DNA of 64,000 nt, from the NCBI RefSeq assembly GCF_002571385.2, contig NW_019218015.1, forward strand, positions 10,036 through 74,035. The letters are read 5' to 3'. The DNA is from Stylophora pistillata. Taxonomy: Eukaryota. The translations under genes and the position numbers were made by a program. The notes beneath the pieces are model-generated. The model searched no databases and was not told where the DNA came from. It saw only the letters and a list, made by a program, of their open reading frames with translations. Positions 11,182 through 23,500 of the stretch are shown here, piece by piece. How positions within the stretch are numbered: the stretch's first letter is position 1; the number at the start of each line of letters is the position of its first letter.

Positions 11182-14100
11182 TCAGCTGTGCGCCAACTCA
11201 GCCCTTGCCTCTCGCCTTAACTGCACAGCATTTACCACCATCACAGTTTCAGATAACAGAGATTCGAAAATAGCATCTGCCACTTGGAACTTCACAGCAA
11301 GTTCATCGTCATCGTAATCTACCCACAGTGGCTCCTCTTCTCGAAGCTCCTGGATCAGGATGGCGTCAACGAAATCCTTCTTTCCTACCTTCAGAGGCGT
11401 CTTCCGACGAACACGGTCGAGAGAAGGCCTTGCGTCACCCAAACCGACTAAATTCAAAACTTGTTGCTGCACAACAGGGAGAAAGTCTTCTTCGTGGACA
11501 AGTGGTTGCAGACTGCGATGCAGACGGCGTTTTCGTCGCGGTTTCGCTTTCATCCAAGCTGGCCGCCTCGCGGAAGTCTCCTCAGATAAGAGGTCTTTGA
11601 GCAGATTGCCTGTCAAATCGAACACTAATCGTCGGTAAACTCGTTTACTATTGGCTTCGAGGTCGTCGTCCGCTTCGTCGACGCCGATGATTTCCGATGG
11701 GGGTGTTATGTTATCTAACGGCAGTCCTCTTCTCTTACGTTCGAAGAAAACAGAAAGAGAGGAAGCCACCAATCGGCTGACTTCACTAAGACGATGAGGG
11801 ACGGAGAAAAGAAACGAAGCTCCTCTAGAACGCCTGAATGTCTCCTCCTCTTCTTCATCTTCGTCCTCAGTGGGAAATTCCATGAGAGCATTGGTGTTAA
11901 CTTTAAATTCTGAGCGTTCATCATCACCTTCGCCCCGCGCACCCTCCAGATGCTCGTGTAAACGTCTTAACTGATCAAGCTTATCTGTCAATTCTCTCTC
12001 GTTGATTGAAGACTGCTGCTCACTTGTGGGACTTCCTGGAGGTGGCGAGGTGTCCTCAGTGTACTTCAGTAATCCGTCCTGAAAATGTTGGACGGCCATA
12101 AATCGATTGCTTCTGGGCGACGAAAGAGGACTCTCTTCAGCCGAATGAGGTTCATCTTCTGTTGCTTCCCTGGGGGAAGTACTTAAGTCAGCGGTGTTTT
12201 CAGCCTTGGTCTTGGAAAACTTTTCTTGACGAGATTGCATAATTGCAATCATTTGCGCGGCAGCCTCCTTAAGCAGTGCGTCTGACAGTTTATTCACGAT
12301 GTCGTCACTCTTTTGTTCTGGTGATACCTGCTGGCGCTGTTCAGTGGGAGAGGGAGCCAAATCTTTTTTCTCCCTTTTCCTATGGTCCGGTCCAGAATCC
12401 AAACTTTCGTTCGGCTGGATGGCGGATAATTGTTCAGATATCTCGTCTGTTTCGGATGTTTCTGCTAATGATCTTGATACACCATCTTTTCCATCCTCAA
12501 CAGATGCACCATCTTTTGCCGCCTGTTTCGGTAAATCTTGGTAGACATGGCGACGTTTATCGAACACTCTTGTCGCGAAGTTCACAGACTCTTTCAGTAA
12601 CATCGAAGACAAGTCCTGAGAGATTCTGTCAGCAGTTTGTTGATCAGATTCACGGCTTCGGGATTCTGGCGACTGCTTACTTTTTAGCAGCACACCAGGC
12701 GATACTTCGTCGTCGATTTTCTCCTTCTCATCAACGGATTCGTGCTCAACCTGTCTCCGCAGACTTCCCTGCTCATTTTTTAAGTCACTTTCCTCAAATA
12801 AGGACCCACTATCATTGTCTTTGCTTATTTCTTCAAGGCCTTCTATGTTTTCACTCAGTTCTTCTGCAATGCTTTCTTCGTCGGTAGCTTGCTCTAATTC
12901 GAGAATTGGAATTTTAGGAGGTTTCTGAGCTTGCTCTTCCTGAGGTGATTTACTGTCATCCACTTCAATTACTTCAGAAAGTTCCCTTTCCTTCGAGGGA
13001 GAACTGAAGTCGTCGATTTCTTCTTTTTCCTGAGAAGTTCTGTCATCCTCTACTGGAAAGTTCGACTCGGATGGTTCGAAATCTGGAGTGTAGGAACCAC
13101 GAGGTTTTCCTTCGTCAGTTTCGTCGATCGCAGAAGGCTCAAAGTCATCGGTGTAGGAAAGAAGTCCGCTTTTGTTTTCCTCCGGTCTTAGTAAATCTTT
13201 TTCTCCTTTTAACGACTGTCCCGTCTTTTCAGACACGGGGCTACTACTTTTAGCAGAAAGTGATGTAGATTTTGGTATCACTTCCACTTCAGATTTTTCA
13301 TACTTGGTGCTAGAAATATCCTCAGGTACTTCAGAAAGGTCTTTTATCCCACCTTCACCTTTTAATGAAAACTGATCAGGACGCGTAGATGGCTCATCTG
13401 GGACGCCATCTTGCCTTTCAGACTTGTCGCTACTTTTTCCGTCTTCCTCAACACTGATATGCTCACTGATATCGTCTTCGGTTTTGTCCACTTCACTCTG
13501 AACACTCTCAAAAGACGAACTGTACACGTGTTGAAGACTCGGCAATTTCTCCGACAAAGCGGGGGATTTTGAACGTCTGGAAGACTTCGATCCGTCGGAA
13601 ACAATCGATTTTCGCCCGCTGACGATACCTGACTGTTCTGAACGATCGGTGTTCTTCGACTCTTTAAGTTCATAAGTGGAGTGGCTCCCAGAGTGAGAGG
13701 ATCTGGACCTTTTAACAACTTCGTTTTCTTCGCTCAACGATGTATTTTCCGCTGTCCTCGCTTCATCAGTGATATTTACGTCTACCTCGGACCGCTCCCT
13801 TAACGAAACCTTGCGATCATTATCCGATTCTTTCTGACGACTAACTGACTGAGATTGACTAGATCCTCGAGAGCTATGTTCTGACCCCTCAGAGTGAGAT
13901 GCCTTGGACGGTGTTTGAACTTCGATGTCCTCGCTTATGGAAACATCTTCGGCCGTCCTCGCCTCGTCTTTGATTTCTTCTCGGGAATCGTCAGCATCTC
14001 TAACCGACGTTTCGCGTTCACTGTTGGCCGATCCCCGAAGATTTTCCGAAAGAGTTTCGTCGGGGGTTCGAGTTCTGTCGGTAAAATTAAGGTCTTCTCT

Positions 14101-14502
14101 TTTATCCAAGAGTGTTTCGCCTTTCCCTGATGACAAATCATTTCTCTTTCCTGTCTTAATCTCACTGACAGAAGAATACTCCTCGTCTTTTTCTTTTAAG
14201 CTGGGAACATCACAAATTGTTCGATCACCTCGACTTTTAACTTCCGCATCCACAGCACTTAAAACTCTCTCCCCTGCCGGCTCACTCCTAACAGATACTG
14301 TCACAGGCTTGTCCGGTGCGGTTACCTTGCGACTTCCGCCCACATCTGACGTTCGAGAAAGATGGTACCTGACTTCACGGGCACTGGAATCGTTTTTGGC
14401 GCTCGTTGGGTGTTGGTCAGAAGAGCTAGACTCTGGTCGTTTTGAATCCGTTTGAGGTCGATTGAGTTCGGCTTTTGTCCTTGAGATTACCATTTCCACA
14501 GC
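11182..14502 (-). CDS. CEP350: CEP350 terminal exon (3321 bp): long acidic Ser/Glu-rich region plus DUF4378-like C-terminus
   Basis: 1105-aa ORF in the track; acceptor TAG at 14505-14503; ends with KDFVDAILIQELREEEPLWVDYDDDE. Confidence 0.93.
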   Translation of the reverse strand, partial: AVEMVISRTKAELNRPQTDSKRPESSSSDQHPTSAKNDSSAREVRYHLSRTSDVGGSRKVTAPDKPVTVSVRSEPAGERVLSAVDAEVKSRGDRTICDVPSLKEKDEEYSSVSEIKTGKRNDLSSGKGETLLDKREDLNFTDRTRTPDETLSENLRGSANSERETSVRDADDSREEIKDEARTAEDVSISEDIEVQTPSKASHSEGSEHSSRGSSQSQSVSRQKESDNDRKVSLRERSEVDVNITDEARTAENTSLSEENEVVKRSRSSHSGSHSTYELKESKNTDRSEQSGIVSGRKSIVSDGSKSSRRSKSPALSEKLPSLQHVYSSSFESVQSEVDKTEDDISEHISVEEDGKSSDKSERQDGVPDEPSTRPDQFSLKGEGGIKDLSEVPEDISSTKYEKSEVEVIPKSTSLSAKSSSPVSEKTGQSLKGEKDLLRPEENKSGLLSYTDDFEPSAIDETDEGKPRGSYTPDFEPSESNFPVEDDRTSQEKEEIDDFSSPSKERELSEVIEVDDSKSPQEEQAQKPPKIPILELEQATDEESIAEELSENIEGLEEISKDNDSGSLFEESDLKNEQGSLRRQVEHESVDEKEKIDDEVSPGVLLKSKQSPESRSRESDQQTADRISQDLSSMLLKESVNFATRVFDKRRHVYQDLPKQAAKDGASVEDGKDGVSRSLAETSETDEISEQLSAIQPNESLDSGPDHRKREKKDLAPSPTEQRQQVSPEQKSDDIVNKLSDALLKEAAAQMIAIMQSRQEKFSKTKAENTADLSTSPREATEDEPHSAEESPLSSPRSNRFMAVQHFQDGLLKYTEDTSPPPGSPTSEQQSSINERELTDKLDQLRRLHEHLEGARGEGDDERSEFKVNTNALMEFPTEDEDEEEEETFRRSRGASFLFSVPHRLSEVSRLVASSLSVFFERKRRGLPLDNITPPSEIIGVDEADDDLEANSKRVYRRLVFDLTGNLLKDLLSEETSARRPAWMKAKPRRKRRLHRSLQPLVHEEDFLPVVQQQVLNLVGLGDARPSLDRVRRKTPLKVGKKDFVDAILIQELREEEPLWVDYDDDELAVKFQVADAIFESLLSETVMVVNAVQLRREARAELAHS

Positions 14503-17500
14503 CTAATGAAATAAAGAACAATGAATGATTGAGATTTCTTCGCTGAGAAGCTATCATATGATAAATACACATTCTACAAAAAAAAAAATGCCGTTAGGGA
14601 TTCACAGTGTAGAGTTGTCTTTCTGGCTCCTTAGACTGTTCTCATAAAACCGGCTGGTAATTCTATTTTAATTGCAAAGAGTACTTTTAACGCATAAACA
14701 GTCATTACAGAGAATATCTAACAGTAACTCGCCTCTGAATTTTGAAAAATATTTTTCATTCAGGCCGAAAGACTGAAAACAAGGTACAAAGTTCAACTTC
14801 ACGCGCATGTCTAGAAAAGCGCGTGACAATGACAGCGTAAGCAACAACCTCGTGATAGTACTCGTTTTCACGTGTATTTACCTGTAATTCCTGCCTTAAG
14901 CTGGCTTCTTGAGCCCGCAACATAGCTTTTCTTTGCTTTTTCCTTTCATTGTACAAGCGCTTAACCTCGCGCTTGCGTACTTCAAGTTGGTCTCTCAGGC
15001 GGCGAACACGAGACTCAATGTCGCTGTGGTCCGAGGTTTCTGGCGACAAATAAAAGAAGTAAAATTAACTATTACGATGTTTGAAATATGACACTTGAAC
15101 TTTCTGCCTTAAGCGGAAAGGGGTTCAAAATAAGTGAGATGTAACCATTCAAACGTCAAGTCTTTCTTAAGAAAACACCAGAACCAAAATTGTCCACAGT
15201 GAAGGCAAATTATGAAAGATCTTCCCAAAGACGGACCGATAGACCTAAGAAATAAGATAAGATAGAACATTGAAACAAAAAAAAAAATTAATTAAGCGAA
15301 TGGTGACAAAAGCCAAGAATTTAAATGTTAGAACAAAAACTGTGGAAACAAAGTGTTCATTAGAACAAATAAGAACTGATGAAATGGGGGACGAGTTAGT
15401 AACTTGCGTCACACCACACACAGAAAACTCCCACGGATCACTGTTAGGGGGAAAATTCACACCTAAATATTTATTCTTAACGCCACGGGAGGCCGCTGTC
15501 TACCGAAGGGGAAGCCACTGAGCAAGAACGTAATGCCGTGAATACTTTTCTTTTTGAAACTTTGGTTCAATTAACTATGGTAGGCCTTACAGCAAACTGA
15601 GCTACGACCGCGTAGGGTCTGTTGCCGCGTAGTAAATGATCAAAGAGCAAAACATCTTTGATCTTTGGTTCGCAATTTTTCTTTTTTTTTTCCCTCCTAA
15701 TTTGCATATACTTATTAAACCTGTCTCGGGAATATCTTCCTTTTCTAATACCAAATGGATCGTGTTTCCCATAAACAAGTTAGCTGAAAAAACTTTCCTC
15801 AATAGTCAACGTGTCGGCAATCGCTCTATGCCATTTTAACTAAGATCAACTTAATTTATACTGAAACACGCGATCGCTGATATACGCTGCTATTAACTAG
15901 AACACAGTCCTGTTTCCAACAATCCTTTGATTTCAAAATTAGTTCAGCGGTTACAAAAACGCCATCGACGGAGAACAAGCGGTTGAGCAAAATGTGAAGG
16001 TATCAAACACAGCTGGCACCACAACGTCAAAAGCCATTGGAAACTGTTTGGTTTTTTCCTTTTCCCGATTGAAAAAATATATATATCCAAACGATATCTT
16101 GTAAGAAAACGACCAAGGAAAGCAGTTTATAACATTTTTAAAGCTAACATTTTGCAAGCCAGAGGTTTCTTGTTCTTGTTCACGCTAAGGGTATTTCTCG
16201 CGAAGAAAAACTCGTGGGACGAAAGAAGTGCACGCATTTTGGTGCAAACGTTACTAAAAGAAAAAAGACTACGCCAAATCAAATGGATTGAATACACATC
16301 TTCATATCTTAAGGTCTTGAGGAACAAGATAAAAGAAAATAAGCATAACACTTTTCTGGTTTGCGCGACTCGGCCAATCAAACCCATTGTGCATCTTAAT
16401 AGTTGCAACTGCTCACAATAAAATGTTCTTCCTTTCAAGCTAAACTCGTCATTAGAGAGATTAAGGCGTTCACGCAAAACGGCTAACGTTAAAACTAAAC
16501 TACTGCCGCCTTCTTCAGCCTTTTGTGTACATTTATGGAAATATCTAAGTTTATGGTGAACATGAAGTTTTTTCAGTTTTTCCACAAGATTGATTAAGGA
16601 CTAGAAGAAAGTGAGCATACTTGGAATTCATTTTTGCCGTAACCTCCATGTTTTAAAGAACTCAAATGCAACTAGGTCTTCTAACGAGAAAAGATCATTC
16701 TAGAACAAATCTTATACTCGCACGTGAGCAGAGCAAAGTTAAATCACGCTTTAACCAAACAAGCCGTCGTTTAGATCTGTTTGCGATCAAGAAGTACTTG
16801 GTCGGAAAGCGTACGTTTTGCCATTTCTGGTCTGTGATTAAGTCAAATGCTATCCCCAAATAAGACCAGAGGGTTACCCTTGCAACATTAAATTAAACAG
16901 TTAACAAAAGGTTACATAGAAAAGGTTGAGCGACCCATTACGGCTTGCAAATAAATTACTGTATTAACTGGAAATACTGTAGACTTCAAAACATACTGAA
17001 CGGACGGAACTCCAAACTCGCGTAGACCCTCTCGTTTGTTTGCTGTTAATTTCACGAAACCCAAATCATAGGTTTTAAAAATATAAAAAAATCAGACAAA
17101 AGTCTCGTCAATTATTGAATGCGTGGTGGAATCACTCTTGTCTTCACACGTTTGCCGTTTCCTAAAAAAAAGTTTCACGAACAAAAAGACAACGACGTCC
17201 TATCTGGTAGTAGAAAATCAAATTTAACCAATTTTAAACAAAAATTTAGAGACCATTATTTCGAATGAGGAAACGGAATTTGCGTCACCGTAATAGAAAG
17301 GCTACCTCGACCGGCCAGATGCAGCCTTCACTGCTGTTGACAATAAAATCACAAGGGAAAAAATGTTCAAACTTACGATAGGTAGTCAAACATATCTCGT
17401 GAAGAGGCAGCGGAACTTGTTATGGTTCAAAGTGAAAAGGACAAAGAAAACCAGTGCTATATTCGTTCCACGTAACACACGACGCTGAGCAGTAATGTAA

Positions 17501-20500
17501 CTAATAAATACGATCACAAGTGTTCCACCGTCCCGTCATTCCTCGTAAGGGAAGTTATTTTGGAATGGTATCGGCGCAAAATATTCAGTGCATTTTTTTA
17601 AGGCACATAAAAATCCTAGGGAAACTTTGCTGGAGGCGATAGCATGTGCTAACAAGAGTTTTAACCCAGTTCAACAAATAACAAGGGAATCAAATATTGG
17701 ACTCTGTTGACATTCCTCTCTCGGCGAAATCTGTGTAATTTTTTTCCTTAACAAACCATAGCGAATGTGAGCGAAAATAAGAAAAGAAAAGAAAAGAAAA
17801 AAAAAAAAAAACAGCGAATTTAATGGGCTTTCGATGAAAGATGTTCAAAGTGACTTTGTCATGCAAATTACCATGTAGTGTGGATGATATCATGATTATT
17901 TCCTTTTCTCGCCCACAGTTAAACTTCCCCATCGATGTTTCGCAAACATTAGTTGGAAAATTAAACGTCTAACACGTGCAACGAAACTATTAATTGTGTC
18001 AAGTTCAACAAAGATAGGATTCTCAAACGCCTCGCAGTCCAAAGGTACGCGGAGTCATATAAAACAGCGACAAATTTTTTACGTGCTACAAAACCAGAAC
18101 TCAGAAGATACGTCAGCAATTTGCACTCAAACTGATATTGGATTTTCTCTGAGGAAGAACCTTTAGAAAAACCTCGCCACTGCATATAAAAGATTCTCTT
18201 TTTTTTCTTCGCACAAAAATGCAAATGAACAATTTTTGGGAGAATAAATCACAAAAAAAACGGGATCCTCAAGTTATTCATAAAATGAACAGTGACTGAA
18301 ACAAAATGATTGATTAAGTTAGCAAACACTCTATGACAATGTCGTAGCGTTATTAATATAATAAGGACTCACTAACACGGGGCGAGTACTACACAAATCA
18401 ATAGCACTTTAACAAGCACGAGAGTATAATTCATGATGCCCTTCGACTTCGAACGTGCGGAAAATAGGCTCCTAACGTTTGGAATTCATAATCTATCGAA
18501 AGCTGTAAATATTCAAGAAAATTCACGCCTTAACAGATAAATACTGGTCCACTACAACAGGATCAACCAAGTTTAGGTGAGATAAAGAATAAAATATCAA
18601 ACAATTTTCATTGTCTTGAAAGAAGAGAGCTATGAAGAGGTAAAATATTTTATGGTGATGAAACAGTCATCAGTCTTTAGAAATACAATATTACTAACGA
18701 GACATAATGGTTTTTCTAAACCAATGTTGTAGACAAGGAGAGAAAATTTCAGCAAACATCGACCAAATAACGGCGTTAAAATTTTCCACTTCAAAAAAAC
18801 TAAATAAAAAAGCACGGACATTTTTTTCGTAGAAACACGACTTTGAACAATGTATAATATTTACTTACTTTTACTTTTCCCACTTATTAAAATGTTTTAG
18901 TTATCTATCGTTGCAGCTCCCGTGAGCGAACGACTTAGGAAAGCACAAATATGCCATTGGCGGGAACTGACTACTGACGAGAGTGTGCTGTGAGTGGTGT
19001 TTTTATGGCAGTTCTGCAATAATTGTCGAGCCGCTAGTAACTAAACCATCCGCTAACGAGAATGACCTTTCGGTAACCGAGTTTTCGCTGTAGTGTTCCA
19101 CAAGAGGAAACCATTAACTACAACTCACCCGTCACAGAGGTGTCCTCCTCACTTTTGCTACCCTCCCCTGTTGATGATCGCCTGCTTAGAGCCGGGGACG
19201 TGTCTCGCTTCAGCGTCAAATCGCTCCGCACGGGGGTGGAGTGCGCAGGAGTCGCACTGCTATCTAGCGATTCGAACGTATCGTTGACGTACTCTTCTGG
19301 AATTTCCTCGCGAATTGAGCTACTAGCCTGGGACCGAGTCTTCATATCCACCTCAGGAATGGAACTGTCACGTGACCTCTCTGACTGATCATGTGACCTG
19401 TCACGTGCGGGAATACTCAGTTCCTCAGCAACTGAACTCTCACTGGCACTATGCTCGGGGCCATGCGAACGGGCCGCCTTGATGGACTCACTGATGCTGT
19501 CAGTTCCTTGCGTGGATCTATCTTTGGTGTTGACTTTATTCGAAGGAGTTCTGGATACTGACAGGCTGCCAGAGGATTCTCTACCACTGCGATCTGTTAA
19601 AATAACCAGCTCCTTTTGAAAAGATAATCAACAAGAATGACCAGTATGGGAGTAGTAGTGAGGTACAAATCATGAGACGTTCGTCTTATAAACCTCGGGC
19701 TTTCGATACAAAATTGGGGACTATAAGGAAGCAGAAAATCAAGTAATTCATTAATCGTTACTCTTAAGATCCCCGTATAGTTTAATTTATAAAAACGAAA
19801 AAACATTCTGGAAGTTAACATGATCAAGCGTAAACGAGAAACGCATTACACCTATTCTCAAGTTCATTTCTTTCTCCCAAAGCAAAAAGTAAAAGTCCTG
19901 TTGCGAAAAAAATCCATTCCGCGTTGCCGAGGATAATCATGTACAGTTAACAGTTATTTACCGAAGAGATGGTGAATACTGGCGGATTTTTACCGCTGGT
20001 ACTGCGAAGCAACAGAGTAAGCACCCGTCACTTTCACCGACACCGAAGTAATGCATTGTCCCAGTATATATCACACAAGAACCAAAAAAATCGGTTATCT
20101 CCGTCAATGTAACAAAAAATTGGTCGCTCGATTTTGTCTCTTCTGCTGCTCTGAGGTGAATGGTACATGCTACTCACTTTCGAGCCAGCCAATCCGCACG
20201 CGCGAAAGACACTATTTACCTGCGTGGTTTACATTAACTCCCACAACTCACCTCTGCGAATCAAATTTGACTGCACAGCCCTTGTTGACCAAGTTCGAGG
20301 TCCGCACTGTTAGTTACGAACGAAGTTTTTTTTTTCCCCCTCGGATTTATGGCCCAAGCGAGAAGCGCGCGGTTCATAAATCCGGGCGAAAAGAAAAGGA
20401 GGTTCTGTGACTCACAGTACGGACCGATAAAACGAGGTTAGTAGGATATTCATCATATCTCTGAGTTCAAATCGAGGGGAAAGATTCCAATTTAACAAAC

Positions 20501-23500
20501 TTTGCAATTAAGCAGGCTGTACAGTGCAATACAGTTCAGTTGAATTGACTGATAAATCATAGCGCACGTACAGACTGCGAGACATAATAGCATGACGAAT
20601 TTTTTAAATCCGTGATCTATCATTCATGTCGTACCTTTATGTTCTTCTTCTTCGCTTGTTATACTTGTTGTCCTTGTCTGCTTCCTGGAGCTTTCAAGGT
20701 TTAGAGCTTCGTTAAGCAGGTTCCTTACAAGACTTTCTTCTTTGTCAAGTCGCTTTTCCCATTCCAAAAGTTTCTTCTTGTTCTCCAAAAGATTTTCAGC
20801 CTCTTTCCTTCGTTTCATAAGCTTCTGCTCTCGCAGAGTTAGATACCTGTGATATCAAAACAAAAACATCACAATTAACAATCAAAATCAGTAAAGAAAA
20901 ACTCAAACAAAACAAAATAAAATAAAAACAAACATGAAAAACAAAGACACTGGCGCGAAAACTAAGAAATGCATACACCTATTTACCCAAGCAAACATCG
21001 GTACAAAAAGATACTAGTTAGCTAACCATTAAGGCGCATGTTACACCACGCGTGTTTTATGTTCGATCAGTGAAAACCTTGCTTAGAGAAAATTTACAAA
21101 AGCCGACGAGTGGGATCTCTCAACTCTGAGGGTTAAGAGTATTACAATCGCTTAAAAACTTTCTGAGGCCTTCAGCGATTTCCACCGAAAGTTGCGGTGC
21201 ATTAGTTGGGGCAAAGGCGATCCAAATAACATTTGCATTAAAACAAGCGTTCTTAAGTCGACACCTGCACTGAGTTTCGAGCAGTTACGAAATACAAAGG
21301 AAAAAAGAAAACAAAAAACAAACAAAAAAGAGGAAACAAGTACATCAGAAAAACCGGAAGTTCCGCATCAGCTTGTACAGACGGAAATTTAAACATAGAC
21401 CACAGCATGAGACCATCAAAAAGGGTTTTGGATCGGAATCATCACAGAGAGTGGACTTAAACTTTGAACGATGGTCTGGTGTATTTCTATTCCAGACAGT
21501 CACATAATCCCATTCAAAAAAAACTTGTATGAATTACATATTTCCAGATATATACAATTGCCCGTGGTAACACACGAAATGTTAAGTTAAAAGCCAGAAA
21601 ATTTTCACAGAATCATCCCCTTCACCCAACCACTTCCTTCCTGAAAAAAAAGGAAAAAACTGAAACAGGATTGTTCTGCGAAGAGGTTGAATGTCTACAA
21701 ACTGGTTTTAACAACAATGATTGTTACACCAGTCGAACAAGCTGTAAACATGACAGCTGTACAATTCGTGTGGCTAATAAATTACCTTGAAATTTATAAG
21801 AATGAAAATTAAGCGAATTTTGAACTGCCTAAAGAGACAAATTGCTCTTTGAAAGAGAATCTCGGGATTATTAAAAAAAAAAAAAAAAAATTCACGAACG
21901 CAACGTGCGTGCTTGGTTAAGCATGACGGGTAAGGATATAGAAATGTATTAAAAAAACATTTTTGGATGAAAATTTAAGCGTCAGACAAAGAATTTTCAA
22001 TTCTACCGAGTAGAATTCTACTGGATCATAGTCGGGGTAACTGTTTGAAGCTAACGATCAGCGAAGACGTCTTCGTATACATAACAAAAGCAGGTGGAAT
22101 GATAAAGAAGCAACAAGTGCAGTACCTTCTCACGCAGAAAAACAACCACATTATGACCAAGAAACTGCGCAATTTAACTGCTTGCGGGAACCTTTAACTG
22201 ATGCAGCTTTAAAACACAGCTACATTCCTCACAGCACAAGCGATTTTACGCGGGTTTTGATCAGCGACAACAACCAATTACAGTTAGGGTTTTGCAATGT
22301 TTTACCAGGCCTTTTTATTTGTTTTCATTTCTACATCTTTTTCTGGCAGGAGTCCACGGTATTCTTACTAATCGTGTTTTTGTTTTGTTTTTTTTTTTTG
22401 AGCACGTGAATGGGAACTTTCTGGAAAACTTTGCATGGAAAGCGCGTTTTGCGAATAAGGACGCCACGAATTTACAGACCTTGCGTCAGGCGCTTGTTTA
22501 GTTTAGGTCGCAATTTCTTACCGAATCTTCAGAACTATCGTCATATACTAACGCTACAGGCATCACGCAAATAGCTAAAGGTGAAACCTAATCCCGCAGA
22601 AAATTTTCATTAAAACAAAACGCAATAAGAATTGTCCAAAATTGAAGAGGAAAGGATACTTCAAAATGACACTGCTTTGAAGTTTTGTTTAGTTCAATAT
22701 TGGTTCGAGTTTGTCGCTCCTCGTCGCTAGTGATACGTATATTCAATTTAGCAAACAGAATTGGTGACACACAAGTACAAGACTTTGGAGAGGGTTTTAC
22801 AAATGCAGTAGATGTTGTTGGGTAAACGATGGCTGGCTGTTGTCAGGAGGCGAGAGATTTTTAAATACAGCTTAAAACCCCGTTAGAAAATTTCATTGCA
22901 TTTTTATATCTTAATTTGTTTGTTCTGAAGACACTTACTGGGTACAAGCAAAAAACAAAAAACAAAAACAAAAAATAAACGGTTATCTGTATATTGGGCG
23001 AAGAAATAATGTTGGACTGAGGATTCGCCAAGAAGAACTCATTGTATAACCTTTCTCTAACTCAACACACGAAAAAAGACTCTTCTTACGGGTGGCTACC
23101 ACATATAAATCACAACATTTCAAAAAGTCACAAACACACTCTCACCTGCGAAGCTTGCGGCACAGCAAACAAAGCATTGCTCGGCGGAAAAAAAAAAAAC
23201 TAAATTACTCCAGCAAAGTGGATTCCGGAGCAATTAGCAGATTCGTTTTCAATACAAAAAGCGGCACCGGCCATGGAATCAGGCATGCTGGATATTTTCA
23301 TTGAATGTGTAGCTTTTTTCGCTTTTACACCTTGTGAAAATATTTTTTGGAAATATTCAAAGGGTTGTTTAAAATCGGTGAGACGTGTTTCAGAATTTAA
23401 CGAAGTGTGACGACATGTCTAAATTTATAACTTCTAAGTTCTGTTTGCATATTCGATGCAAAAGGAAAAATTAAACACTGTGGATCCCTTAAAAAAAATA

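Noticed and set aside
11013-14455. Several + strand ORFs (up to 203 aa) overlapping the CEP350 terminal exon
   Set aside because: Antisense shadows of a Ser/Glu-rich coding exon; no recognisable motifs or splice structure.
16127-16585. 152-aa - strand ORF in a CEP350 intron
   Set aside because: Non-ATG start, intron-like Phe/Leu composition, no recognisable family, and not in the phase of the upstream donor at its best acceptor.
22651-22659. GTATCCTTT (U12 donor consensus) on the - strand in a CEP350 intron; another on + near 54609
   Set aside because: No properly spaced TCCTTAAC branch site and acceptor found, and neither gene model needs it.
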